From a virus: a stretch of DNA of 64,000 nt. Every line of letters begins with the position of its first letter. Within the stretch, counting starts at the first letter, position 1. Where the stretch lies: IMG/VR virus record IMGVR_UViG_3300037808_001516, positions 32,001-96,000 of that record. One strand, written 5' to 3'. A model generated the notes under the pieces. It ran no database searches. It saw only the letters and a list, made by a program, of their open reading frames with translations, and was not told where the DNA came from. The translations under genes were made by a program, and so were the position numbers. Of this stretch, positions 21,601 to 29,967 are shown in pieces.

Positions 21601-23020
21601 CAGTGTTCCTTACCTGACGGCTTCTACTGGAATGTGGCACCAGAGCGGAAATCTTCTTGACGAATTAGCCCAAAAGGGATATTACATGGTCGTCGAAGCT
21701 GGAGATCAGAAAAACCCGGACAGGTTCGCCGCGAAAGACCTGGCAACTAAAGTTGGATTCTTGGATGGTTCTGAATCTAGCAAGAGGATACGTTTAGGTA
21801 ATCTTGCAACTGAAAAAACAGTGTGGGAGTCAGTAGTAGCGATCCCCTTTTACAATGATCCTAAGCAAGGTATTAAGTTCTTTAACCTTAACGCCGAAGC
21901 TTATCGCGATGCTACAAAACTAAACCATATAAACATGATAAGGCACTCAGCCAGAGTTTCTGATAACTCACTGGACCAGAACACTAAGAAACAGCTGAAT
22001 CAACTGTACGACAACTTCCTTAACACCCCCGGTACAAACGCCGCGGAAAACATAGCCTATCAGCTCAGAATGATGGAAAAATTTATTATACCGCCTCAAT
22101 TTGATTTCTTGTCTAACAATGTTGATTGCGCCGATGTGGCACCGTTTGTACAGTACATCTTCCAATTTAGCGGGAAATTCACAGATAAAGATTTAGCTAG
22201 TATGTGGCAAAACTTATATCCCAACTCAGAACAGGGATCTGGAAAAGCAAAACATTCTTCTCCATATCCAAACTCAGGACAACCGTCGGGTATATCGCTA
22301 GACTATCCAGATGTAGAATACGTTTCTGGATTTTTAGACACAGACTCTGTCGGAATATTTCAGGGAATGAGTTCGAATTATGAAGATACTTCTGAATTTT
22401 TGGAAAATGAAGTACGATGGCTCGTATTCAAAGCGAAGCAGCGAGGTACCTCCCGATACGATACCATTGTTGAGAAATCTGTATCCAAAAACAACCACTA
22501 TGATCTGATATCTGTCAATGGCAGAGAGATCAGCGCGGAAAGCATGAAGTCAGCACAATTGAAGCCACAGTTTAACTGGCCGTATGATTATTTTTCCCTA
22601 GTTGAATTGGGCAAGATTGAGTCCAAAGTAGATTTTTACGACGACATCAGAACCGTAGGAGTACCTAAAGAGAGTCCTCGCAGATTAGAGAAAGAAAGAG
22701 GGAACCAACAAGCGAGTCCACCGAAAACACCGGCTGTTGGCTCAACCTCTTCATCGACCTCATCTTCGAGTTCAACCACAACAGTCGCTACATCGATGGT
22801 ATTCAGGGAAGTGTTGCTAGAAGACACAACGACGCCCTCGACGAGGATATTTAATATTACTGGTGGCACGGTGTCGTCAGGTACTGAACAGTTGTTTGTA
22901 AATGGAGTTCTGCAATCACTAGGCGGCACAAACGATTATACGATATCGGGCAACACTGTGACGTTTACCTATGATTTGGATGATGGAGATTCTGTCGTAA
23001 TCTCTTATGTTAAAGACTAA
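12662..23020 (+). CDS. Giant (3452 aa) baseplate protein, gp7/P2 gpI-like core with LamG/ConA-like domains and a C-terminal Ig-like module
   Basis: LamG-like TVEFWLK...WHHYAL...LYVDGK...SGSMDDFRFW; MLKRKGTATAFGAVLRSYG resembles the gp7/gpI KGT motif; S/T linker then EQLFVNGVLQ..DYTISGNTVTF..D.V.ISY C-terminal domain. Confidence 0.6.
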   Translation: MTDYRAKTEKSKSSDRKEKFFTRRNIPSANENRQGLTSKEQESDGLIKKTRDITNKYRPDIIVKDPSTFAFFGSAKKYYEDAFSNIVNYYPFDGSRKEILEWYETATSVEIGMLHNHWPSYVGHVSIDSQQYISFYSGPQSIAESEYMGAYTRGETGLRLDPSKGNTVEFWLKKGSWSIPEEVVFDIGSYPGKVSAANGGQFKLYLSNSSGSPFHVDYSIGTTGISATNIGSSNITTSSVGDSAWHHYALKVHQEDSKLHMKLYVDGKYDSLTTSSVATMGSVDTYMSGRIGAAQADTTGSLSGSMDDFRFWKGKRTSKQISRFFDQKVFASENLEETYETKLGLYYRFNKPAIADTETDRLVVDYSGNDITGQIYKYDNTVRVAESAITISPYTSASELQDPHLEDKSSAVQDLKVDLVNIGESYDINNASNLKNFVPEWVFDNNNDGLSNPDSHVSILFHLLASEFDEIRQKIDGIKLEKLPRYESITQEITSHEDFSQLGMSSSYMQNNFFIGCDDSGEIYAPSLGSHAEFSVRKCENVGFNVVQKPLSSVDPNDEQDLKVAQVSITKPFEEIRRAILENVYSSAKYMLKRKGTATAFGAVLRSYGVDEDLVSLNIYGRNSETFIDNSKLDTAIDERNSVYFGENLNSTIFLSSSDNEERTYLQADTDETEYTFEGTFMFPSFRDKQHDTNTSSIFGVSEVSAINNNLTAPATNNADFVVKVAKDNLSSDDAKFILTSPAGIISDLESNVFRDVYDNSRWNIALKVVKDLDNKFVSSSAATYKVELVGHNHILDTLQNSFSITSSLTQAEYENFRSAHKTIFIGAQRTNITGSVVTSTDIKVVDFNGWNDDLSLDELKVRSMTPSTTGRDNSDTYRENYNTVNKLKDKNKIFSIQFDAISALSSENTLVAVDATSGSVDHVARYGQLIGNKYPAKSTVFSKNLTNVIQREYLPVVRNIPLGNDHGEQGIQTKAAEINKFDLSSRPQSKLLSFEKSMYQAISREMVDFVGGLLSFNNLIGEPVNKYRKSYKMLDHLRQKFFETVESENQFERFVSYFRWIDKSVGHFLDQMVPATATTNTGIEDVIESHALERNKYDHKAPFVERKEYDSGLETNLLAINELLYDWEHGHNSDSEADHCLWQKDRKERTGDRETIRKVLTTVVSGSTYVTRNLVKPYRHTIDRQTLLNIGSNRNANKNKDLYKIVNEGKEISISSSDIYEFKQCNDVINPQQEKIYSAKTNTTTTDSYLDADSDMILPFSLYSSSVGVDFENFKQNLKITNNHDGTPSLQSPFVKSLVGGMPHRSVKFGTADADRPEAYDVSSSANTLTIKQTSAPKSMFHRDLGGARFYHIGNVKTTETPLVIGNYSKDYEIVMTNGRSLNNNYLVENEGLNLTGGISQGLYVPAITEFEVPQRPARDHVIVNRFNAPGGAESSTPQGMNRESLEYSVYSTVNYRNGVVRYIEDFLSEEHSEQFGYRSGSTTQASRHMTNRNTGKKTGSLGQELEYDNNYVQHEIPQNDFGYSWVTSSANESVYSFLNKNENTGHQHLLNISGALKSSQTITFLGTSELTPNLDFVNLNTFTTRSLTSDVNMLTNNSADLNSIVLNRQGPYGWPSWKQLKGEQHPITKAHKKNNKLSVVYRTHNSKKYAFVDSIKGDYEFDFKDTIDISDTNTSARLVDNYDEMYITSKFNPLNVNLTRFDNTSISLENLDLAIRSAIGVPILAVNQLSQHHMWTNDEYYLGTVLRDASRHSDGLSFDEEDEFMMFSPEGALSEDEQAMLSTALGGLRESAAVSMRATVQNKITGFAQRKFENLVIAGVQNPEIWSKYIDHDKYVSETSFAVLKNFLTEGITSRTMRELNYIETIYPREINTYKSKIRARDSFDFFGWNSTRSNRQLILTGNVSYDTPLIENSDVRLFFPQSALAEEREFKKSFYNTVEMVDINSTGSDASTTSSTHITASSWVLDSRETFTGLPLNITSSYFTEGDNFLRSRSQGTRGEGILQNDYSIFGLGYNGLRGAPPISPVYNRRIPQIHGNNSYLAGEAKYEAAATRTGPFYDSYQDYAEGLRSAGQTYSLIPEFRMHKVIEDYLTTVDSSKFAIDEFLELTGTVYHTSSGNLSVGTQFFETYSMTDFMKYFQVVKDDIENENLGLAPGKLTLRCQAVKRFLPYRGFYPAERVVQISEVFDRSYLRPGSYGSKYIENDSIKEDAAKSYLDLRIENSKAQAIKPLMAPGVLMNSIKTGLAVDYPIFSSSVDTGVSYIFNNHITSALDDFSLLSLGTSTAFTGSLINSSVDEGIPRVSGTLDYRVSFEDLLYPHRIWDQIVYDNEPHPSASMLHGTTDHLKVLDRPPRFGNIDRDMSTQYGAMNFETSENAFAISMLPFTLATNNFCAETVNFFLEDGVLNTAISAPGAQYFDNLTYKMRVHLANEDTVMYDRHSAFGPPVDEGNPEITTYNLSSTKIYNDDGTAASASVSFAASTARPLTEIPTEVTASSLTVLNAVFDSFPGFSFESANSQTVNVKYYDSENFVGDNIKFKFGEAYTSATQTFLSTALQHPRITISGAAGQHKFRFYNSNTSGGTQSDLSDTAYVNVYDTSAGALRDGSEVAQEFFTKFVSIPVMSQSFAAFLGTGADAGKLNLFGRTRSIDSDISITSDISIAGFSHYDDTSTKFIARITTGSNSNGHTSGDYGTEQINFSSSATSTSWAARLAALDSSISRYVNIGAAEPLSAATVATATRDAVLALSSSTAAYQISASIGASSNIVTLRRLDSGSQGNVPIGNPGEAVSATDLVSSISTSFAGGALQTIAGKADVFTPTTAIQSGSHGHLPYVPPFLDPNTSPYAELSFTPASAGEYTIPEVLNDLQITYYNMPAPSNQSENINYNAAMVLSASIDFKNHIKLRSDHTNTNVGSNTVDPNSVDLNRWVIRPKWETPIIDFSFVTASAINLNDNSEQQVSGSPWKTRYQSNYYETLKTSSVPYLTASTGMWHQSGNLLDELAQKGYYMVVEAGDQKNPDRFAAKDLATKVGFLDGSESSKRIRLGNLATEKTVWESVVAIPFYNDPKQGIKFFNLNAEAYRDATKLNHINMIRHSARVSDNSLDQNTKKQLNQLYDNFLNTPGTNAAENIAYQLRMMEKFIIPPQFDFLSNNVDCADVAPFVQYIFQFSGKFTDKDLASMWQNLYPNSEQGSGKAKHSSPYPNSGQPSGISLDYPDVEYVSGFLDTDSVGIFQGMSSNYEDTSEFLENEVRWLVFKAKQRGTSRYDTIVEKSVSKNNHYDLISVNGREISAESMKSAQLKPQFNWPYDYFSLVELGKIESKVDFYDDIRTVGVPKESPRRLEKERGNQQASPPKTPAVGSTSSSTSSSSSTTTVATSMVFREVLLEDTTTPSTRIFNITGGTVSSGTEQLFVNGVLQSLGGTNDYTISGNTVTFTYDLDDGDSVVISYVKD

Positions 23021-23031
23021 GGAGTAAAGAA

Positions 23032-23880
23032 ATGGCATTCTTTAATAAGAAAGAAGAAGTTATAGATATAAAGCTTACGCAATTTGGAAAAGACCTGTTA
23101 GCCCGCGGCATTTTTAAACCCGCTTTCTATCAGTTCTTCGACGATGACGTAATCTACAATTCCTCACTTGCGGGAGTATCAGAGCATCAGAACGAATCTG
23201 AATCTCGTATACTTGAAAATACACCAAAGCTGAAGACCCAGGCATTAACACTCGGTGTGGAGTCCCGCTTTCACGTAGAGCAGACCTTGATATCTTCTGG
23301 AGAGCGCAACACGTTTACTGTGATCAATAGAGCAGCAAACCCATACGTTCAGGACAGAATTTTGTTGTACCCGTTGGCGTCCCAAGAAACATCAAATCAA
23401 TCAGCGGCAACCTTTACAATGAGAGTTCTGGGTTCGAAAATGGAACAAGGAGTGGATCCATATGTTACAGAATTAACTGGCTCCGGTATCCTCAAGAGTA
23501 TTCCTCAGATAAACGTCAGCGCAAGTTTCAAGATGACAGAGGATAGAGAAGAGTTATTTGAGTCTCCCACGATGATAAACACTGAGGCGTTTTTTGATTT
23601 GTCCTCTAGAGAGACCGTTTTCGCCGACGGATCTAAGATTACGGTTGAGGGCAACCCAGTTATAGTTGATTTGGAAGAGTTAAATGTTTTCTTCGGGTTA
23701 GACAACTTTGAACTCGAAATCTATGAAATAACCGAAAAGAACAAGAACAAAATATTAACCAGGATAAAAGACCTAGAGGACGTTAACGGCTTGTTTCATA
23801 TAAAGACGGATTCGGATGTAGAAGAAGTTGAAGCGAAAACCGGAAGAAAAAGTAATTACTACAGGTCTAGAGAGAATTAA
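23032..23880 (+). CDS. Baseplate/fibre-attachment protein (LT..G+..LA.G N-terminal motif)
   Basis: AGGAG SD; N-terminus IKLTQFGKDLLARGIFKPAFYQFFDDDVIY parallels that of 29968..30972. Confidence 0.5.
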   Translation: MAFFNKKEEVIDIKLTQFGKDLLARGIFKPAFYQFFDDDVIYNSSLAGVSEHQNESESRILENTPKLKTQALTLGVESRFHVEQTLISSGERNTFTVINRAANPYVQDRILLYPLASQETSNQSAATFTMRVLGSKMEQGVDPYVTELTGSGILKSIPQINVSASFKMTEDREELFESPTMINTEAFFDLSSRETVFADGSKITVEGNPVIVDLEELNVFFGLDNFELEIYEITEKNKNKILTRIKDLEDVNGLFHIKTDSDVEEVEAKTGRKSNYYRSREN

Positions 23881-23882
23881 CA

Positions 23883-26800
23883 ATGAGTAACACAAGTTTT
23901 CCAATTTTAACAACAAAAAGAATAGTTATATCAGAAGGATATGAATCTATTCCTGGTGAAGCCTCGACACGATCAGGGGGCTATGTAGATGAATCAGGGG
24001 CAAACATAATAACAGAGGTAGTAGACCAGGCCCCAGCAACACTTAGAGAATTTACAAAAGTAAAGGTAGAGTTTCTTTTAAAGTCCAGAGAAAATACGAG
24101 TCTTAGCAAATGGTTTTCTGACACCTACAAGAACAATGAAGCGTTTTCGCAGTACGCAGAATATTTGAAAGTGTACTTTATGGCACTTGATGATTCATCA
24201 GACATCCTCGCCGGCTACTTGCAAGACCCTTCGAGTAGATATAGAGCACTCAAATTCTTGCCGAGTGTGTTCGCTCTATCTGGAGAACCTATGCCCAAAG
24301 CCGCAGTCAACTCGATCACGTTCGCTGAAATCTTGCAAAATGAAAAGTTCACTACGACACCAGTCTCGGACACATCAGATTATTATGAACACGATATATA
24401 TGCAGAGATTGAGATGGATATCTCCAATTTAAGCATGGAGTCCACAAGCAAGGTGCACTTAATTGGGTTTATGCACATGGACGTGGAAAGCTACGCTCGC
24501 GACAAAGGACTCTCATTGTTGCCAGAAGAGCCCCACGCTGTTGAATCTATAGGCGGAGAATTAATATATGATCTTCTTTTGGAAAGATCAGATTCTCTGG
24601 AGGTTCCATTCAATAGAGAGTCTCTCTACCTCAATTCTGAACCCTACTATGGGCCATCACACTATCACAGTGAAGACAACCCAGGTCCCGACGGATACGT
24701 TGGATACATGGCAGGGTTCCCCGGGGATGATATGGGCCCCACCCTTGATGTTGTTACATTGAGAAACTACAAGGTGATATCCAGCATATACGACCATCAG
24801 GACGACCCATCAGTTTTCGGACTAGGTCCTATGTCATCTGAACCTGCATCTTCTACGGGTGCAAGCCTGGAATCTTATCTCGGATCCGTCTTAGATAGAG
24901 AAGATCTTCTAGACGCGTCTCGACGCATGGTGGAACTCGTGAGAGCATCCAGCTATGCGGAGTCTAAATCAAGAAAGAATTTTATGAAAGGTACGGATAT
25001 ACCTGCAACGTTCATTAACTCTGTGTCCTCACTGGATCCCATCACCGGAGAAATAACAAACGAGGGAAGCCACCACGCTAGTGTTGTTGGGTTGGACTAT
25101 TTTAAACTGGTGCGAGATATGTCGAACTATGGAAACATCATCAATTTTCATTTTGACAATGGCAACATACCGTTGGTGGAGAGTTTACTGGAAGATAGCA
25201 AAATCATAAATGTCGAAGTTCTGCGGGACAGAGTAACAAATAACCCATACAGCTTTAACGATACTGATTCTCTAGATTACAAGATATACGATACAAACGA
25301 ACCAAGCGTAAGAATGGTAAACACTCAGGATGCTTCACATTCATACGCCTTCAATCAACCAGACTCACAACCACGCATACGCCCATTCGCCGGCCGTCTA
25401 ATCCCTGCATCAACTCATCTAGCCAGTATAAGGGAAATAGATCTGATGAGTTTAAACGCAAGCTCCGGACTGATATCTTCGGTTCCGGGCCACAACAGGT
25501 TCTTTCACATAAAAGATTATGATCTGTTTCATAATGCGCAGTTTGGAAAATACAAGTACCGCTTGAAGTTGACGCTGATAGATGGAGTTTATAAAACAGT
25601 AAGTTTAATGCTGCGCCAACTGGAGCACTCATACCGTAAAATAAACGAATACTTCAACGAAGCGTCCCAGCCGGTGATCAAAAACTCGCAAGGAATTTAC
25701 GTACAAGGCAATTATGACTATGACGTGAATGTTTTCCATCAATCTTTTAAAGAGAGGGATTATTCCCTTACGATCCAATTGGCTAAGAGATCTTACGCTT
25801 CGGCCGTAGAATTCTTAACAGGCAATCGCCCTTCTGAGGCAAGACTGTTCTCGATCGAGGGCGCCCTAGCACCAGAAGTAGCAAACCTTGAAACGATAAG
25901 ACATATGAATGCAACGATTCAAAAATTAATACTGGCCATGAGAAATATACTCAAGGCGAACGGGGATTCTTCAAATTCTGAAGATCTCAAGAAGAGAGGA
26001 AAAACATATACTCCGGCCTCCGGTCCTGGTCGTAAATCAAGAACCATAGAAGTTACAGTAAAATGCCCGGACGTCATCTCTGCGCTGCCAGAAGGCACCA
26101 TTGTTGCAAATTATAGCAACCACCAGATAGAAGACGAAGATGGGAATGACATCACACCAGATTTACCTAACTTAGGCCTTCAAGACTATTTGGACAGAAT
26201 CTCCATAATGCAGGATAGGTACGCGCTCGACTTTTTGCTACCATCCTCATATTCGTCGTTGAGTTTCTCACCATATAGCGTGGCACAGTACGATGTTCAA
26301 TCAAGAAGGTTTGCACCCATTAACAACGAAAACAGGATTGAAGGCGTATCACAAATGGGATCATCGACAATTGTTTCATCTTATGTTTCATACCAGAACT
26401 CTTCAACACAGGAAAAGATAAATTCCGAAATCCTGGTAAACATCGCAAGATCCCGGGATAACATCCTCTCGTCTTTTACAAAGAAGCCTCCTTCAGACCT
26501 CGTGTATCAAGCATTTACATCAGCCGGCGTAGTTGTGAATATGCTGGGTACTCCTCTGTCAACTGGAGGACCTTCCACGAAATCAAATAACAGTAGCAAG
26601 GCCAAGGAGAAACTAAAGGATGCTCTAGATCAAGCGGACAAAGACAATTGCTTAGAGCTGTCAGACGGTTTAAAGTCGGCACTACAAAATGCTGCTTACA
26701 ACGGCGTGACGAGAAAAGAGGTCATGACCACGGCAGAGTCTGGATATGCTAATTTAAACGGTATTATCAATGTAATTGGCAACACTTATGATAATATGTT

Positions 26801-27137
26801 GAGCTTGGTGGGATCATTGCAGAATGCAGCTGCCATCTCACCCAGTGCCGCTAATAAGCCCACAACAGAGGAGCAGAAATTTCTAAACAATGTTGCAAAA
26901 TCCCGCCGGCGCCTCAATAATTTCGGCCTAAAAAGATATGATTTGTATGGTACCGACGCCGCCGAACTCTATGTTGTTGCTCCGGGGTCACCTTCAATAA
27001 AGTTTACTTTAGCGCAGGCAACAAAATGGCGCATGCTAAAAACACAGGCAGATGCATATTTACTTGTGATGGCAAAACCCACAAAAAAAGAGGATGCGGT
27101 AATTCACGTTAACAGTGGATACTTGCTTAGGATTTAA
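23883..27137 (+). CDS. Hypothetical structural protein (1084 aa)
   Basis: Long ORF tightly packed in the baseplate operon; no recognised motif. Confidence 0.55.
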   Translation: MSNTSFPILTTKRIVISEGYESIPGEASTRSGGYVDESGANIITEVVDQAPATLREFTKVKVEFLLKSRENTSLSKWFSDTYKNNEAFSQYAEYLKVYFMALDDSSDILAGYLQDPSSRYRALKFLPSVFALSGEPMPKAAVNSITFAEILQNEKFTTTPVSDTSDYYEHDIYAEIEMDISNLSMESTSKVHLIGFMHMDVESYARDKGLSLLPEEPHAVESIGGELIYDLLLERSDSLEVPFNRESLYLNSEPYYGPSHYHSEDNPGPDGYVGYMAGFPGDDMGPTLDVVTLRNYKVISSIYDHQDDPSVFGLGPMSSEPASSTGASLESYLGSVLDREDLLDASRRMVELVRASSYAESKSRKNFMKGTDIPATFINSVSSLDPITGEITNEGSHHASVVGLDYFKLVRDMSNYGNIINFHFDNGNIPLVESLLEDSKIINVEVLRDRVTNNPYSFNDTDSLDYKIYDTNEPSVRMVNTQDASHSYAFNQPDSQPRIRPFAGRLIPASTHLASIREIDLMSLNASSGLISSVPGHNRFFHIKDYDLFHNAQFGKYKYRLKLTLIDGVYKTVSLMLRQLEHSYRKINEYFNEASQPVIKNSQGIYVQGNYDYDVNVFHQSFKERDYSLTIQLAKRSYASAVEFLTGNRPSEARLFSIEGALAPEVANLETIRHMNATIQKLILAMRNILKANGDSSNSEDLKKRGKTYTPASGPGRKSRTIEVTVKCPDVISALPEGTIVANYSNHQIEDEDGNDITPDLPNLGLQDYLDRISIMQDRYALDFLLPSSYSSLSFSPYSVAQYDVQSRRFAPINNENRIEGVSQMGSSTIVSSYVSYQNSSTQEKINSEILVNIARSRDNILSSFTKKPPSDLVYQAFTSAGVVVNMLGTPLSTGGPSTKSNNSSKAKEKLKDALDQADKDNCLELSDGLKSALQNAAYNGVTRKEVMTTAESGYANLNGIINVIGNTYDNMLSLVGSLQNAAAISPSAANKPTTEEQKFLNNVAKSRRRLNNFGLKRYDLYGTDAAELYVVAPGSPSIKFTLAQATKWRMLKTQADAYLLVMAKPTKKEDAVIHVNSGYLLRI

Positions 27138-27139
27138 TT

Positions 27140-29902
27140 ATGACACAAATTATAGACCCGTGCAGTAGAGTGGAAGTCCCCGACGCCCCAGACCAGGGAC
27201 AAGGCCCTAATCCTGTTTCGACACGATCTCTTGAGATACCACCAGCCGCGTTCCCCGTTAGGCAGTCTGAACCGATAGAACAGACAACTGTCAGAGACAG
27301 CGCACTCATAGAGAAGTACTTGTGGAATGACCTCTCAGACACAATAGACCTCCTCAGATACCCTCAGCAGGCAGTGAGATTGACAAGTTGGCAAGAGAGG
27401 CCAGAGTTTTTAGACTCATTCCGGTTCGTCGCCGGCAAGAACTGGAGATTTGAAAATGGTAATCTAGTTTTTTACAAGAAAGACTTTAAAGCGTCGACGC
27501 TAAAAGGAGTACCCTTTGACTTGCAGACTAGATTTGTAGGAAGCGATCAATCCGGATTGGAGACATGTGAGATAACATTGACACCGGATTTCCCAATATT
27601 TCGAGGACTCCTACAACAGAACAATAGGTTTTCCTTGTCAGAATCGTCGATAATCTTTAACGCTCCTCAAAACTTTCATGCATACGTGTTCGGCACAGGA
27701 CCTTTTGAAGTGCCTCTAATATCAGACACAAATAACTGGAAATACGATTTTTGCTTCAAAGCTCCCGCAGCTTTTTTTAAATCTGAAGTGGATCGCTCAA
27801 GTGTACCGTTAGTAGAGGGAGTATCTATAACTTCTCATTACTTGGGCCTACCTGTAAATGAACCATCCGAAGAAGCAAAAGAGTTGACTAAGTATAGCGC
27901 ATATAGATTTTATGAAAACTCTTTAGACCCAACTGTTCCCGCAAGAGTAGCGGAAGACAGCTCCCAAGTCTTTTTTAATCACGAAATCGTAAACGATATA
28001 ACAGCGCACGCCACTAGTCAAGGTGCCATGAGTTCTTTATTCTCGACAGAACAAGGACAAAGCGTCTTAAACAATCATGTACGGATAACCCTTGACACTA
28101 GTCAGAAGGTGAAGAAAGAAGATTCATTCGCTGCAACCTTAGCTGCAGGCAACCACACCCGCGCTTTCATGAATTTTTTGGTGAACAGTGATGTAGAACT
28201 CAACGCCGAAAATAGGTTTGTTCAAATTCTAGATCAATCTAGACTAGGGGGAAATGTTAACAACAAACAAATCGTAAACTATGAGCCTAAGTCCTACGAA
28301 CAAAACAAGCCCGGAGAATCTGACAATAATTTTAACGAGCACTATGGGTTTTCTGTATATGAATTAACAACATCGCTGTCGGACAAGCAATATTCAAGAA
28401 GCCCGATACCCTATGATCGATCGAACTACGCTCTCTCTTTTAGTCAATTCGATGGCGCGGACCAGCGATTGATCGATATCAAAAACACAAAGAAAAGAAC
28501 ATTTGATTCGATATTAAGTGGTGATTTAGCGCACAGCGAGATTATCGCATATAGAATAGAGAAATCAAACTTAGAAGGAGACACTCTACAGAATTTTTAT
28601 TTCTTCAACAGCTACGATGATGATGCTTTAGACTTTATAGACACACAGGTATTTTATAACAGGGAATATACATATAGAATCTATGCGATTAACGCGGTCG
28701 TAGGAAATAAGTATAAGTATGTAAAATATTACGATAATAGTTATATCGACGACATCTACTCTTTTGCAAATGAGTCTCCTTATAAATTTTTGGCACTTAA
28801 CAAGGCTGTCGTCAGTTTTATTGAGACTCCATTTTTTGAACAGCAAATAGTCATGATCGACAAGCCCCCTCTCTTTCCTCAGGTAGAAGTTGTCCCATTT
28901 TTTCAAGAAGTGGACCGAATCGGGTTTAGATTGACACCAACATATGGATCTGTAATAGAAAAGCCAATACAAATAATTGCATCAGATGAGCGGAAGATAG
29001 CCGCCATGCAGAGTAATTCTGTGAATTTTTCTGAAACAGAGTCGGAGTCTGAAAGGTTGGTTCACTATTCGAGCGACAATCCCCCAACAGAATATGAAGT
29101 TTTGTTAATTCAGCAGCCTCCTAGTTCATATCAGGATTTCGCAACAGCGCAGAGGTTCGCCAAAGAGACAAGCTATAATTCTGGTTACATGGAACTGAAC
29201 CTTGAACCTAATAAAAGATATTACATGGTCTTTCGAGCCGCGGACAATGCCGGAATATCAAATCCCAGTTCAGTCTACACCATGGTGTTGAATCTACACA
29301 CAGACGGTATTTTCGTGGAGTTCGATGAGTACGAGATGCAACCAAACGATTCGGACATTCCAATGACGTTTGAAAGAGTTCTAAAAATAGATCCATCTCC
29401 CGAGCAAATGTCAGTTGATTTTTCAGAGCAAATACAGCAAGAGGGTTTTTATGCCACTGCACCTTCGGTTTCTGACTTGCAGCTTGGCATAGAAGAAAAT
29501 AAAGTCTGGACTAAAGATTATAAATTTCGATTAATATCGAGGACGACAGGAAAGGCAATTGACCTGAACATTAACTATGGGTATGACATTGTACAGCCAC
29601 CAGTCTCATCTAACTATGCGCTTAACTTTGATGATATTGAGATTTTTGACAATCAAGGGACATTAGTGGAAAGAGAGGGAGAAGTCCACGGCGGCCTGTC
29701 TGGGCTCCCTGTCGAGTCTGAAAATCAGCAAAGCTCGACCACGGAATATGATGAGGAAGGAAATCCCGTAAGAAGTACCGTCAGGGCAAACCCCGAATCA
29801 GTCAGAGAAAGGCTGGCCCGAGAAGAAAGGGAGCGCAACATGGAGAGCATTCGCAGAGATGATGCAACTAATACGGGCCCGACAAGAATATATGAGTATT
29901 AA
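27140..29902 (+). CDS. Structural protein with FN3-like domains (920 aa)
   Basis: FIDTQVFYNREYTYRIYAIN and LEPNKRYYMVFRAADNAGISNPS resemble fibronectin type III C-terminal strands. Confidence 0.5.
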   Translation: MTQIIDPCSRVEVPDAPDQGQGPNPVSTRSLEIPPAAFPVRQSEPIEQTTVRDSALIEKYLWNDLSDTIDLLRYPQQAVRLTSWQERPEFLDSFRFVAGKNWRFENGNLVFYKKDFKASTLKGVPFDLQTRFVGSDQSGLETCEITLTPDFPIFRGLLQQNNRFSLSESSIIFNAPQNFHAYVFGTGPFEVPLISDTNNWKYDFCFKAPAAFFKSEVDRSSVPLVEGVSITSHYLGLPVNEPSEEAKELTKYSAYRFYENSLDPTVPARVAEDSSQVFFNHEIVNDITAHATSQGAMSSLFSTEQGQSVLNNHVRITLDTSQKVKKEDSFAATLAAGNHTRAFMNFLVNSDVELNAENRFVQILDQSRLGGNVNNKQIVNYEPKSYEQNKPGESDNNFNEHYGFSVYELTTSLSDKQYSRSPIPYDRSNYALSFSQFDGADQRLIDIKNTKKRTFDSILSGDLAHSEIIAYRIEKSNLEGDTLQNFYFFNSYDDDALDFIDTQVFYNREYTYRIYAINAVVGNKYKYVKYYDNSYIDDIYSFANESPYKFLALNKAVVSFIETPFFEQQIVMIDKPPLFPQVEVVPFFQEVDRIGFRLTPTYGSVIEKPIQIIASDERKIAAMQSNSVNFSETESESERLVHYSSDNPPTEYEVLLIQQPPSSYQDFATAQRFAKETSYNSGYMELNLEPNKRYYMVFRAADNAGISNPSSVYTMVLNLHTDGIFVEFDEYEMQPNDSDIPMTFERVLKIDPSPEQMSVDFSEQIQQEGFYATAPSVSDLQLGIEENKVWTKDYKFRLISRTTGKAIDLNINYGYDIVQPPVSSNYALNFDDIEIFDNQGTLVEREGEVHGGLSGLPVESENQQSSTTEYDEEGNPVRSTVRANPESVRERLAREERERNMESIRRDDATNTGPTRIYEY

Positions 29903-29927
29903 AATAGAGCAATAATAAAACTAAAAC

Positions 29928-29936
29928 ACTAATTAA
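29928..29936 (+). promoter_or_regulatory. Late promoter variant ACTAATTAA
   Basis: ACTAnTTA variant in the intergenic gap, about 30 nt before ATG 29968. Confidence 0.4.
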
Positions 29937-29967
29937 TAGTGATTTCATTTAATAAAGGAGCAAAATA

